Of a stretch of DNA of 64,000 nucleotides, positions 13,901 to 28,000 are shown one piece after another. The translations under genes and the position numbers were made by a program. The stretch lies in assembly GCA_964016885.1 (NCBI GenBank), contig OZ024744.1, forward strand, positions 12,958,001 through 13,022,000. The letters are read 5' to 3'. This DNA comes from Eledone cirrhosa. Taxonomy: Eukaryota. Under the pieces are notes generated by a model. The model saw nothing but the letters and a program-made list of their open reading frames with translations. It ran no database searches and was not told where the DNA came from. Every line of letters begins with the position of its first letter. Within the stretch, counting starts at the first letter, position 1.

Positions 13901-16099
13901 TGTGGTTAGAGTATCTCAGTAGATCAGAGAGTCACTCCAGTTAAAGCCACTCTCTAAATTGAGAGATCACAACTCCAATACTATGAACATGTGTTTAGAA
14001 TGTCTCAGTAGATCAGAGAGTCACTCCAGTTAAAGCCACTCTCTAAATTGAGAGATCACAACTCCAATACTATGGACATGTGGTTAGAATGTCTCAGTAG
14101 ATAAGAGAGTCACTCCAGTTAAAGCTACTCTCTAAATTGAGAGATCACAACTCCCATACTATGGCCATGTGTTTAGAATGTCTCAGATGATCAGAATGTC
14201 ACTCCAGTTAAAACCACTCTCTAAATTGAGAGATCACAACTCCCATACTATGGCCATGTGTTTAGAATGTCTCAGATGATCAGAATGTCACTCCAGTTAA
14301 AGCTACTCTCTAAATTGAGAGATCACAACTCCCATACTATGGACATGGGGTATGAATGTCTCAGTAGATCGGAGTGTTACTCCAGTTAAAGCTACTCTCT
14401 AAATTGAGAGATCACAACTCCAATACTGTGGACATGGGGTATGAATGTCTCAGTAGATCGGAGTGTCACTCCAGTTAAAGCTACTCTCTAAATTGAGAGA
14501 TCACAACTCCAATACTATGGACATGGGGTTTGAATGTCTCAGTAGACCAGAGAGTCACTCCAGATAAAGCTACTCTCTAAATTGAGAGATCCCAACTCCC
14601 ATACTATGGACATCTGGTTAGAATGTCTCAGTAGATCAGAGAGTCACTCCAGTTAAAGCTACTCTCTAAATTGAGAGATCACAACTCCCATACTATGGCC
14701 ATGTGTTTAGAATGTCTCAGATGATCAGAGTGTCACTCCAGTTAAAACCACTCTCTAAATTGAGAGATCACAACTCCAATACTATGGTCATGTGGTTAGA
14801 ATGTCTCAGTAGATCAGAGAGTCACTCCAGTTAAAGCCACTCTCTAAATTGAGAGATCACAACTCCAATTCTATGGACATGTGGTTAGAATGTCTCAGTA
14901 GATCAGAGAGTCACTCCAGTTAAAGCCACTCTCTAAATTGAGAGATCACAACTCCCATACTATGGACATGTGGTTAGAATGTCTCAGTAGATCAGAGTGT
15001 CACTCCAGTTAAAGCCACTCTCTAAATTGAGAGATCACAACTTCCATACTATGGACATGTGGTTAGAATGTTTCAGTAGATCAGAGAGTCACTTCGGTTA
15101 AAGCCACTCTCTAAATTGATAGATCACAACTCCAATACTATGGTCATGTCGTTAGAATGTCTCAGTAGATCAGAGAGTCACTCCAGATAAAGCTACTCTC
15201 TAAATTGAGAGATCCCAACTCCCATACTATGGACATCTCGTTAGAATGTCTCAGTAGATCAGAGAGTCACTCCAGTTAAAGCTACTCTCTAAATTGAGAG
15301 ATCACAACTCCCATACTATGGCCATGTGTTTAGAATGTCTCAGATGATCAGAGTGTCACTCCAGTTAAAGCCACTCTCTAAATTGAGAGATCACAACTCC
15401 CATACTATGGACATGTGGTTAGAATGTCTCAGTAGATCAGAGAGTCACTCCAGTTAAAGCTACTCTCTAAATTGAGAGATGACAACTCCAATACTATGGA
15501 CATGGAGTTTCAATGTCTCAGTAGATCAGAGAGTCACTCCAGTTAAAGCTACTCTCTAAATTGAGAGATGACAACTCCAATACTATGGACATGGAGTTTG
15601 AATGTCTCAGTAGATCAGAGAGTCACTCCAGTTGAAGCTACTCTCCAAATTGAGAGATCAGAACTCCGATACTATGGACATGGGGTTTGAATGTCTCAGT
15701 AGGTCAGAGAGTCACTCCAGTTAAAGCTACTCTCTAAATTGAGAGATCACAACTCCAATACTATGGACATGGGGTATGAATGTCTCAGTAGATCGGAGTG
15801 TCACTCCAGTTAAAGCTACTCTCTAAATTGAGAGATCACAACTCCAATACTATGGACATGGGGTTTGAATGTCTCAGTAGATCAGAGAGTCACTTCAGTT
15901 AAAGCTACTCTCTAAATTGAGAGATCACAACTCCAATACTATGGACATGGGGTTTGAGTGTCTCAGTAGATCAGAGAGTCACTCCAGTTAAAGCTACTCT
16001 CTAAATTGAGAGATCACAACTCCAATACTATGGACATGGGGTTTGAGTGTCTCAGTAGATCAGAGAGTCACTCCAGTTAAAGCTACTCTCTAAATTGAG

Positions 16100-19000
16100 A
16101 GATCACAACTCCAATACTATGGACATGTGGTTAGAATTTCTCAGTAGATTAGCGTGTCACTCCAGTTAAAGCTAATCTCTAAATTGAGAGATCACAACTC
16201 CCATACTATGGACATGTGGGTAGAATGTCTCAGTAGATCAGAGAGTCACTCCAGTTAAAGCCACTCTCTAAATTGAGAGATCACAACTCCAATACTATGG
16301 ACATGTGGTTAGAATGTCTCAGTAGATCAGAGAGTCACTCCAGTTAAAGCTACTCTCTAAATTGAGAGATCACAACTCCCATACTATGGCCATGTGTTTA
16401 GAATGTCTCAGATGATCAGAATGTCACTCCAGTTAAAACCACTCTCTAAATTGAAAGATCACAACTCCAATTAAATGGACATGGTGTTTGAATCTCTCAG
16501 TAGATCAGAGTGTCACTCCAGTTAAAGCTACTCTCTAAATTGAGAGATCACAACTCCAATACTATGAACATGGGGTTTGAATGTCTCAGTAGATCGGAGT
16601 GTTACTCCAGTTAAAGCTACTCTCTAAATTGAGAGATCACAACTCCAATACTGTGGACATGGGGTATGAATGTCTCAGTAGATCGGAGTGTCACTCCAGT
16701 TAAAGCTACTCTCTAAATTGAGAGATCACAACTCCAATACTATGGACATGGGGTTTGAATGTCTCAGTAGACCAGAGAGTCACTCCAGATAAAGCTACTC
16801 TCTAAATTGAGAGATCCCAACTCCCATACTATGGACATCTGGTTAGAATGTCTCAGTAGATCAGAGAGTCACTCCAGTTAAAGCTACTCTCTAAATTGAG
16901 AGATCACAACTCCCATACTATGGCCATGTGTTTAGAATGTCTCAGATGATCAGAGTGTCACTCCAGTTAAAACCACTCTCTAAATTGAGAGATCACAACT
17001 CCAATACTATGGTCATGTGGTTAGAATGTCTCAGTAGATCAGAGAGTCACTCCAGTTAAAGCCACTCTCTAAATTAAGAGATCACAACTCCAATACTATG
17101 GACATGTGGTTAGAATGTCTCAGTAGATCAGAGAGTCACTCCAGTTAAAGCCACTCTCTAAATTGAGAGATCACAACTCCCATACTATGGACATGTGGTT
17201 AGAATGTCTCAGTAGATCAGAGTGTCACTCCAGTTAAAGCCACTCTCTAAATTGAGAGATCACAACTTCCATACTATGGACATGTGGTTAGAATGTTTCA
17301 GTAGATCAGAGAGTCACTTCGGTTAAAGCCACTCTCTAAATTGATAGATCACAACTCCAATACTATGGTCATGTCGTTAGAATGTCTCAGTAGATCAGAG
17401 AGTCACTTCGGTTAAAGCCACTCTCTAAATTGATAGATCACAACTCCAATACTATGGTCATGTCGTTAGAATGTCTCAGTAGATCAGAGAGTCACTCCAG
17501 ATAAAGCTACTCTCTAAATTGAGAGATCACAACTTCCATACTATGGACATGTGGTTAGAATGTTTCAGTAGATCAGAGAGTCACTTCGGTTAAAGCCACT
17601 CTCTAAATTGATAGATCACAACTCCAATACTATGGTCATGTCGTTAGAATGTCTCAGTAGATCAGAGAGTCACTTCGGTTAAAGCCACTCTCTAAATTGA
17701 TAGATCACAACTCCAATACTATGGTCATGTCGTTAGAATGTCTCAGTAGATCAGAGAGTCACTCCAGATAAAGCTACTCTCTAAATTGAGAGATCCCAAC
17801 TCCCATACTATGGACATCTCGTTAGAATGTCTCAGTAGATCAGAGAGTCACTCCAGTTAAAGCTACTCTCTAAATTGAGAGATCACAACTCCCATACTAT
17901 GGCCATGTGTTTAGAATGTCTCAGATGATCAGAATGTCACTCCAGTTAAAACCACTCTCTAAATTGAAAGATCACAACTCCAATAATATGGACATGGTGT
18001 TTGAATCTCTCAGTAGATCAGAGTGTCACTCCAGTTAAAGCTACTCTCTAAATTGAGAGATCACAACTCCAATACTATGGACATGGTGTTTGAATCTCTC
18101 AGTAGATCAGAGTGTCACTCCAGTTAAAGCTACTCTCTAAATTGAGAGATCACAACTCCAATACTATGAACATGGGGTTTGAATGTCTCAGTAGATCAGA
18201 GAGTCACTCCAGTTAAAGCTACTCTATAAATTGAGAGATCACAACTCCAATACTATGGACATGGGGTTTAAAAGACTCAGTAGATCAGAGTGTCACTCCA
18301 GTTAAAGCTACTCTCTAAATTGAGAGATTACAACTCCAATACTATGGACATGGGGTTTGAATGTCTCAATAGATCAGAGAGTCACTCCAGTTAAAGATAC
18401 TCTCTAAATTGAGAGATCACAACACCATTACTATGGACATGTGGTTAGAATGTCTCAGTAGATTAGAGTGTCACTCCAGTTAAAGCTACTCTCTAAATTG
18501 AGAGATCACAACACCCATACTATGGACATGTGGTTAGAATGTCTCAGTAGATCAGAGAGTCACTCCAGTTAAAGCTACTCTCTAAATTGAGAGATGACAA
18601 CTCCAATACTATGGACATGGGGTTTGAATGTCTCAGTAGACCAGAGTGTCACTCCAGTTAAAGCTACCCTCTAAATTGAGAGATCACAACTCCAATACTA
18701 TGGACATGGGGTATGAATGTCTCAGTAGATCGGAGTTTCACTCCATTTAAAGCTACTCTCTAAATTGAGAGATCACAACTCCAATACTATGGACATGGTG
18801 TTTGAATGTCTCAGTAGATCAGAGAGTCACTCCAGTTAAAGCTACTCTCTAAATTGAGAGATCACAACTCCCATACTATGGACATGGGGTTTGAATGTCT
18901 CAGTAGATCAGAGAGTCATTCCAGTTAAAGCTACTCTCTAAATTGAGAGATTACAACTCCAATACTATGGACATGGGATTTGAATGTCTCAATAGATCAG

Positions 19001-22000
19001 AGAGTCACTCCAGTTAAAGCTACTCTCTAAATTGAGAGATCACAACACCATTACTATGGACATGTGGTTAGGATGTCTCAGTAGATTAGAGTGTCACTCC
19101 AGTTAAAGCTACTCTCTAAATTGAGAGATCACAACTCCCATACTATGGACATGTGGTTAGAATGTCTCAGTAGATCAGAGAGTCACTCCAGTTAAAGCTA
19201 CTCTCTAAATTGAGAGATGACAACTCCAATACTATGGACATGGAGTTTGAATGTCTCAGTAGATCAGAGAGTCACTCCAGTTAAAGCTACTCTCTAAATT
19301 GAAAGATCACAACTCCAATACTATGGACATGTGGTTAGAATTTCTCAGTAGATTACCGTGTCACTCCAGTTAAAGCTACTCTCTAAATTGAGAGATCACA
19401 ACTCCCATACTATGGACATGTGGGTAGAATGTCTCAGTAGATCAGAGAGTCACTCCAGTTAAAGCCACTCTCTAAATTGAGAGATCACAACTCCAATACT
19501 ATGGACATGTGGTTAGAATGTCTCAGTAGATCAGAGAGTCACTCCAGTTAAAGCTACTCTCTAAATTGAGAGATCACAACTCCCATACTATGGCCATGTG
19601 TTTAGAATGTCTCAGATGATCAGAATGTCACTCCAGTTAAAACCACTCTCTAAATTGAAAGATCACAACTCCAATAATATGGACATGGTGTTTGAATCTC
19701 TCAGTAGATCAGAGTGTCACTCCAGTTAAAGCTACTCTCTAAATTGAGAGATCACAACTCCAATACTATGAACATGGGGTTTGAATGTCTCAGTAGATCA
19801 GAGAGTAACTCCAGTTGAAGCTACTCTATAAATTGAGAGATCACAACTCCAATACTATGGACATGGGGTATGAATGTCTCAGTAGATCGGAGTGTTACTC
19901 CAGTTAAAGCTACTCTCTAAATTGAGAGATCACAACTCCAATACTGTGGACATGGGGTATGAATGTCTCAGTAGATCGGAGTGTCACTCCAGTTAAAGCT
20001 ACTCTCTAAATTGAGAGATCACAACTCCAATACTATGGACATGGGGTTTGAATGTCTCAGTAGACCAGAGAGTCACTCCAGATAAAGCTACTCTCTAAAT
20101 TGAGAGATCCCAACTCCCATACTATGGACATCTGGTTAGAATGTCTCAGTAGATCAGAGAGTCACTCCAGTTAAAGCTACTCTCTAAATTGAGAGATCAC
20201 AACTCCCATACTATGGCCATGTGTTTAGAATGTCTCAGATGATCAGAGTGTCACTCCAGTTAAAACCACTCTCTAAATTGAGAGATCACAACTCCAATAC
20301 TATGGTCATGTGGTTAGAATGTCTCAGTAGATCAGAGAGTCACTCCAGTTAAAGCCACTCTCTAAATTAAGAGATCACAACTCCAATACTATGGACATGT
20401 GGTTAGAATGTCTCAGTAGATCAGAGAGTCACTCCAGTTAAAGCCACTCTCTAAATTGAGAGATCACAACTCCCATACTATGGACATGTGGTTAGAATGT
20501 CTCAGTAGATCAGAGTGTCACTCCAGTTAAAGCCACTCTCTAAATTGAGAGATCACAACTTCCATACTATGGACATGTGGTTAGAATGTTTCAGTAGATC
20601 AGAGAGTCACTTCGGTTAAAGCCACTCTCTAAATTGATAGATCACAACTCCAATACTATGGTCATGTCGTTAGAATGTCTCAGTAGATCAGAGAGTCACT
20701 TCGGTTAAAGCCACTCTCTAAATTGATAGATCACAACTCCAATACTATGGTCATGTCGTTAGAATGTCTCAGTAGATCAGAGAGTCACTCCAGTTAAAGC
20801 CACTCTCTAAATTGAAAGATCACAACTCCAATACTATGGACATGGTGTTTGAATCTCTCAGTAGATCAGAGTGTCACTCCAGTTAAAGCTACTCTCTAAA
20901 TTGAGAGATCACAACTCCAATACTATGGACATGGTGTTTGAATCTCTCAGTAGATCAGAGTGTCACTCCAGTTAAAGCTACTCTCTAAATTGAGAGATCA
21001 CAACTCCAATACTATGAACATGGGGTTTGAATGTCTCAGTAGATCAGAGAGTCACTCCAGTTAAAGCTTCTCTCTAAATTGAGAGATCACAACTCCCATA
21101 CTATGGCCATGTGTTTAGAATGTCTCAGATGATCAGAGTGTCACTCCAGTTAAAACCACTCTCTAAATTGAGAGATCACAACTCCAATACTATGGTCATG
21201 TGGTTAGAATGTCTCAGTAGATCAGAGAGTCACTTCAGTTAAAGCTACTCTCTAAATTGAGAGATCACAACTCCAATACTATGGACATGGGGTTTGAGTG
21301 TCTCAGTAGATCAGAGAGTCACTCCAGTTAAAGCTACTCTCTAAATTGAGAGATCACAACTCCAATACTATGGACATGGGGTTTGAATGTCTCAGTAGAT
21401 CAGAGTGTCACTCCAGTTAAAGCTACTCTCTAAATTGAAAGATCACAACTCCAATACTATGGACATGTGGTTAGAATTTCTCAGTAGATTAGCGTGTCAC
21501 TCCAGTTAAAGCTAATCTCTAAATTGAGAGATCACAACTCCCATACTATGGACATGTGGGTAGAATGTCTCAGTAGATCAGAGTGTCACTCCAGTTAAAG
21601 CTACTCTCTAAATTGAGAGATCACAACTCCAATACTATGAACATGGGGTTTGAATGTCTCAGTAGATCAGAGAGTCACTCCAGTTAAAGCTACTCTATAA
21701 ATTGAGAGATCACAACTCCAATACTATGGACATGGGGTTTAAAAGACTCAGTAGATCAGAGTGTCACTCCAGTTAAAGCTACTCTCTAAATTGAGAGATT
21801 ACAACTCCAATACTATGGACATGGGGTTTGAATGTCTCAATAGATCAGAGAGTCACTCCAGTTAAAGATACTCTCTAAATTGAGAGATCACAACACCATT
21901 ACTATGGACATGTGGTTAGAATGTCTCAGTAGATTAGAGTGTCACTCCAGTTAAAGCTACTCTCTAAATTGAGAGATCACAACACCCATACTATGGACAT

Positions 22001-25000
22001 GTGGTTAGAATGTCTCAGTAGATCAGAGAGTCACTCCAGTTAAAGCTACTCTCTAAATTGAGAGATGACAACTCCAATACTATGGACATGGGGTTTGAAT
22101 GTCTCAGTAGACCAGAGTGTCACTCCAGTTAAAGCTACCCTCTAAATTGAGAGATCACAACTCCAATACTATGGACATGGTGTTTGAATGTCTCAGTAGA
22201 TCAGAGAGTCACTCCAGTTAAAGCTACTCTCTAAATTGAGAGATCACAACTCCCATACTATGGACATGGGGTTTGAATGTCTCAGTAGATCAGAGAGTCA
22301 TTCCAGTTAAAGCTACTCTCTAAATTGAGAGATTACAACTCCAATACTATGGACATGGGATTTGAATGTCTCAATAGATCAGAGAGTCACTCCAGTTAAA
22401 GCTACTCTCTAAATTGAGAGATCACAACACCATTACTATGGACATGTGGTTAGGATGTCTCAGTAGATTAGAGTGTCACTCCAGTTAAAGCTACTCTCTA
22501 AATTGAGAGATCACAACTCCCATACTATGGACATGTGGTTAGAATGTCTCAGTAGATCAGAGAGTCACTCCAGTTAAAGCTACTCTCTAAATTGAGAGAT
22601 GACAACTCCAATACTATGGACATGGAGTTTGAATGTCTCAGTAGATCAGAGAGTCACTCCAGTTAAAGCTACTCTCTAAATTGAAAGATCACAACTCCAA
22701 TACTATGGACATGTGGTTAGAATTTCTCAGTAGATTACCGTGTCACTCCAGTTAAAGCTACTCTCTAAATTGAGAGATCACAACTCCCATACTATGGACA
22801 TGTGGGTAGAATGTCTCAGTAGATCAGAGAGTCACTCCAGTTAAAGCCACTCTCTAAATTGAGAGATCACAACTCCAATACTATGGACATGTGGTTAGAA
22901 TGTCTCAGTAGATCAGAGAGTCACTCCAGTTAAAGCTACTCTCTAAATTGAGAGATCACAACTCCCATACTATGGCCATGTGTTTAGAATGTCTCAGATG
23001 ATCAGAATGTCACTCCAGTTAAAACCACTCTCTAAATTGAAAGATCACAACTCCAATAATATGGACATGGTGTTTGAATCTCTCAGTAGATCAGAGTGTC
23101 ACTCCAGTTAAAGCTACTCTCTAAATTGAGAGATCACAACTCCAATACTATGAACATGGGGTTTGAATGTCTCAGTAGATCAGAGAGTAACTCCAGTTGA
23201 AGCTACTCTATAAATTGAGAGATCACAACTCCAATACTATGGACATGGGGTATGAATGTCTCAGTAGATCGGAGTGTTACTCCAGTTAAAGCTACTCTCT
23301 AAATTGAGAGATCACAACTCCAATACTGTGGACATGGGGTATGAATGTCTCAGTAGATCGGAGTGTCACTCCAGTTAAAGCTACTCTCTAAATTGAGAGA
23401 TCACAACTCCAATACTATGGACATGGGGTTTGAATGTCTCAGTAGACCAGAGAGTCACTCCAGATAAAGCTACTCTCTAAATTGAGAGATCCCAACTCCC
23501 ATACTATGGACATCTGGTTAGAATGTCTCAGTAGATCAGAGAGTCACTCCAGTTAAAGCTACTCTCTAAATTGAGAGATCACAACTCCCATACTATGGCC
23601 ATGTGTTTAGAATGTCTCAGATGATCAGAGTGTCACTCCAGTTAAAACCACTCTCTAAATTGAGAGATCACAACTCCAATACTATGGTCATGTGGTTAGA
23701 ATGTCTCAGTAGATCAGAGAGTCACTCCAGTTAAAGCCACTCTCTAAATTAAGAGATCACAACTCCAATACTATGGACATGTGGTTAGAATGTCTCAGTA
23801 GATCAGAGAGTCACTCCAGTTAAAGCCACTCTCTAAATTGAGAGATCACAACTCCCATACTATGGACATGTGGTTAGAATGTCTCAGTAGATCAGAGTGT
23901 CACTCCAGTTAAAGCCACTCTCTAAATTGAGAGATCACAACTTCCATACTATGGACATGTGGTTAGAATGTTTCAGTAGATCAGAGAGTCACTTCGGTTA
24001 AAGCCACTCTCTAAATTGATAGATCACAACTCCAATACTATGGTCATGTCGTTAGAATGTCTCAGTAGATCAGAGAGTCACTTCGGTTAAAGCCACTCTC
24101 TAAATTGATAGATCACAACTCCAATACTATGGTCATGTCGTTAGAATGTCTCAGTAGATCAGAGAGTCACTCCAGTTAAAGCCACTCTCTAAATTGAAAG
24201 ATCACAACTCCAATACTATGGACATGGTGTTTGAATCTCTCAGTAGATCAGAGTGTCACTCCAGTTAAAGCTACTCTCTAAATTGAGAGATCACAACTCC
24301 AATACTATGGACATGGTGTTTGAATCTCTCAGTAGATCAGAGTGTCACTCCAGTTAAAGCTACTCTCTAAATTGAGAGATCACAACTCCAATACTATGAA
24401 CATGGGGTTTGAATGTCTCAGTAGATCAGAGAGTCACTCCAGTTAAAGCTTCTCTCTAAATTGAGAGATCACAACTCCCATACTATGGCCATGTGTTTAG
24501 AATGTCTCAGATGATCAGAGTGTCACTCCAGTTAAAACCACTCTCTAAATTGAGAGATCACAACTCCAATACTATGGTCATGTGGTTAGAATGTCTCAGT
24601 AGATCAGAGAGTCACTTCAGTTAAAGCTACTCTCTAAATTGAGAGATCACAACTCCAATACTATGGACATGGGGTTTGAGTGTCTCAGTAGATCAGAGAG
24701 TCACTCCAGTTAAAGCTACTCTCTAAATTGAGAGATCACAACTCCAATACTATGGACATGGGGTTTGAATGTCTCAGTAGATCAGAGTGTCACTCCAGTT
24801 AAAGCTACTCTCTAAATTGAAAGATCACAACTCCAATACTATGGACATGTGGTTAGAATTTCTCAGTAGATTAGCGTGTCACTCCAGTTAAAGCTAATCT
24901 CTAAATTGAGAGATCACAACTCCCATACTATGGACATGTGGGTAGAATGTCTCAGTAGATCAGAGTGTCACTCCAGTTAAAGCTACTCTCTAAATTGAGA

Positions 25001-28000
25001 GATCACAACTCCAATACTATGAACATGGGGTTTGAATGTCTCAGTAGATCAGAGAGTCACTCCAGTTAAAGCTACTCTATAAATTGAGAGATCACAACTC
25101 CAATACTATGGACATGGGGTTTAAAAGACTCAGTAGATCAGAGTGTCACTCCAGTTAAAGCTACTCTCTAAATTGAGAGATTACAACTCCAATACTATGG
25201 ACATGGGGTTTGAATGTCTCAATAGATCAGAGAGTCACTCCAGTTAAAGATACTCTCTAAATTGAGAGATCACAACACCATTACTATGGACATGTGGTTA
25301 GAATGTCTCAGTAGATTAGAGTGTCACTCCAGTTAAAGCTACTCTCTAAATTGAGAGATCACAACACCCATACTATGGACATGTGGTTAGAATGTCTCAG
25401 TAGATCAGAGAGTCACTCCAGTTAAAGCTACTCTCTAAATTGAGAGATGACAACTCCAATACTATGGACATGGGGTTTGAATGTCTCAGTAGACCAGAGT
25501 GTCACTCCAGTTAAAGCTACCCTCTAAATTGAGAGATCACAACTCCAATACTATGGACATGGGGTATGAATGTCTCAGTAGATCGGAGTGTCACTCCATT
25601 TAAAGCTACTCTCTAAATTGAGAGATCACAACTCCAATACTATGGACATGGTGTTTGAATGTCTCAGTAGATCAGAGAGTCACTCCAGTTAAAGCTACTC
25701 TCTAAATTGAGAGATCACAACTCCCATACTATGGACATGGGGTTTGAATGTCTCAGTAGATCAGAGAGTCATTCCAGTTAAAGCTACTCTCTAAATTGAG
25801 AGATTACAACACCAATACTATGGACATGGGATTTGAATGTCTCAATAGATCAGAGAGTCACTCCAGTTAAAGCTACTCTCTAAATTGAGAGATCACAACA
25901 CCATTACTATGGACATGTGGTTAGGATGTCTCAGTAGATTAGAGTGTCACTCCAGTTAAAGCTACTCTCTAAATTGAGAGATCACAACTCCCATACTATG
26001 GACATGTGGTTAGAATGTCTCAGTAGATCAGAGAGTCACTCCAGTTAAAGCTACTCTCTAAATTGAGAGATGACAACTCCAATACTATGGACATGGAGTT
26101 TGAATGTCTCAGTAGATCAGAGAGTCACTCCAGTTAAAGCTACTCTCTAAATTGAAAGATCACAACTCCAATACTATGGACATGTGGTTAGAATTTCTCA
26201 GTAGATTACCGTGTCACTCCAGTTAAAGCTACTCTCTAAATTGAGAGATCACAACTCCCATACTATGGACATGTGGGTAGAATGTCTCAGTAGATCAGAG
26301 AGTCACTCCAGTTAAAGCCACTCTCTAAATTGAGAGATCACAACTCCAATACTATGGACATGTGGTTAGAATGTCTCAGTAGATCAGAGAGTCACTCCAG
26401 TTAAAGCTACTCTCTAAATTGAGAGATCACAACTCCCATACTATGGCCATGTGTTTAGAATGTCTCAGATGATCAGAATGTCACTCCAGTTAAAACCACT
26501 CTCTAAATTGAAAGATCACAACTCCAATAATATGGACATGGTGTTTGAATCTCTCAGTAGATCAGAGTGTCACTCCAGTTAAAGCTACTCTCTAAATTGA
26601 GAGATCACAACTCCAATACTATGAACATGGGGTTTGAATGTCTCAGTAGATCAGAGAGTAACTACAGTTGAAGCTACTCTATAAATTGAGAGATCACAAC
26701 TCCAATACTATGGACATGGGGTATGAATGTCTCAGTAGATCGGAGTGTTACTCCAGTTAAAGCTACTCTCTAAATTGAGAGATCACAACTCCAATACTGT
26801 GGACATGGGGTATGAATGTCTCAGTAGATCGGAGTGTCACTCCAGTTAAAGCTACTCTCTAAATTGAGAGATCACAACTCCAATACTATGGACATGGGGT
26901 TTGAATGTCTCAGTAGACCAGAGAGTCACTCCAGATAAAGCTACTCTCTAAATTGAGAGATCCCAACTCCCATACTATGGACATCTGGTTAGAATGTCTC
27001 AGTAGATCAGAGAGTCACTCCAGTTAAAGCTACTCTCTAAATTGAGAGATCACAACTCCCATACTATGGCCATGTGTTTAGAATGTCTCAGATGATCAGA
27101 GTGTCACTCCAGTTAAAACCACTCTCTAAATTGAGAGATCACAACTCCAATACTATGGTCATGTGGTTAGAATGTCTCAGTAGATCAGAGAGTCACTCCA
27201 GTTAAAGCCACTCTCTAAATTAAGAGATCACAACTCCAATACTATGGACATGTGGTTAGAATGTCTCAGTAGATCAGAGAGTCACTCCAGTTAAAGCCAC
27301 TCTCTAAATTGAGAGATCACAACTCCCATACTATGGACATGTGGTTAGAATGTCTCAGTAGATCAGAGTGTCACTCCAGTTAAAGCCACTCTCTAAATTG
27401 AGAGATCACAACTTCCATACTATGGACATGTGGTTAGAATGTTTCAGTAGATCAGAGAGTCACTTCGGTTAAAGCCACTCTCTAAATTGATAGATCACAA
27501 CTCCAATACTATGGTCATGTCGTTAGAATGTCTCAGTAGATCAGAGAGTCACTTCGGTTAAAGCCACTCTCTAAATTGATAGATCACAACTCCAATACTA
27601 TGGTCATGTCGTTAGAATGTCTCAGTAGATCAGAGAGTCACTCCAGTTAAAGCCACTCTCTAAATTGAAAGATCACAACTCCAATACTATGGACATGGTG
27701 TTTGAATCTCTCAGTAGATCAGAGTGTCACTCCAGTTAAAGCTACTCTCTAAATTGAGAGATCACAACTCCAATACTATGGACATGGTGTTTGAATCTCT
27801 CAGTAGATCAGAGTGTCACTCCAGTTAAAGCTACTCTCTAAATTGAGAGATCACAACTCCAATACTATGAACATGGGGTTTGAATGTCTCAGTAGATCAG
27901 AGAGTCACTCCAGTTAAAGCTTCTCTCTAAATTGAGAGATCACAACTCCCATACTATGGCCATGTGTTTAGAATGTCTCAGATGATCAGAGTGTCACTCC

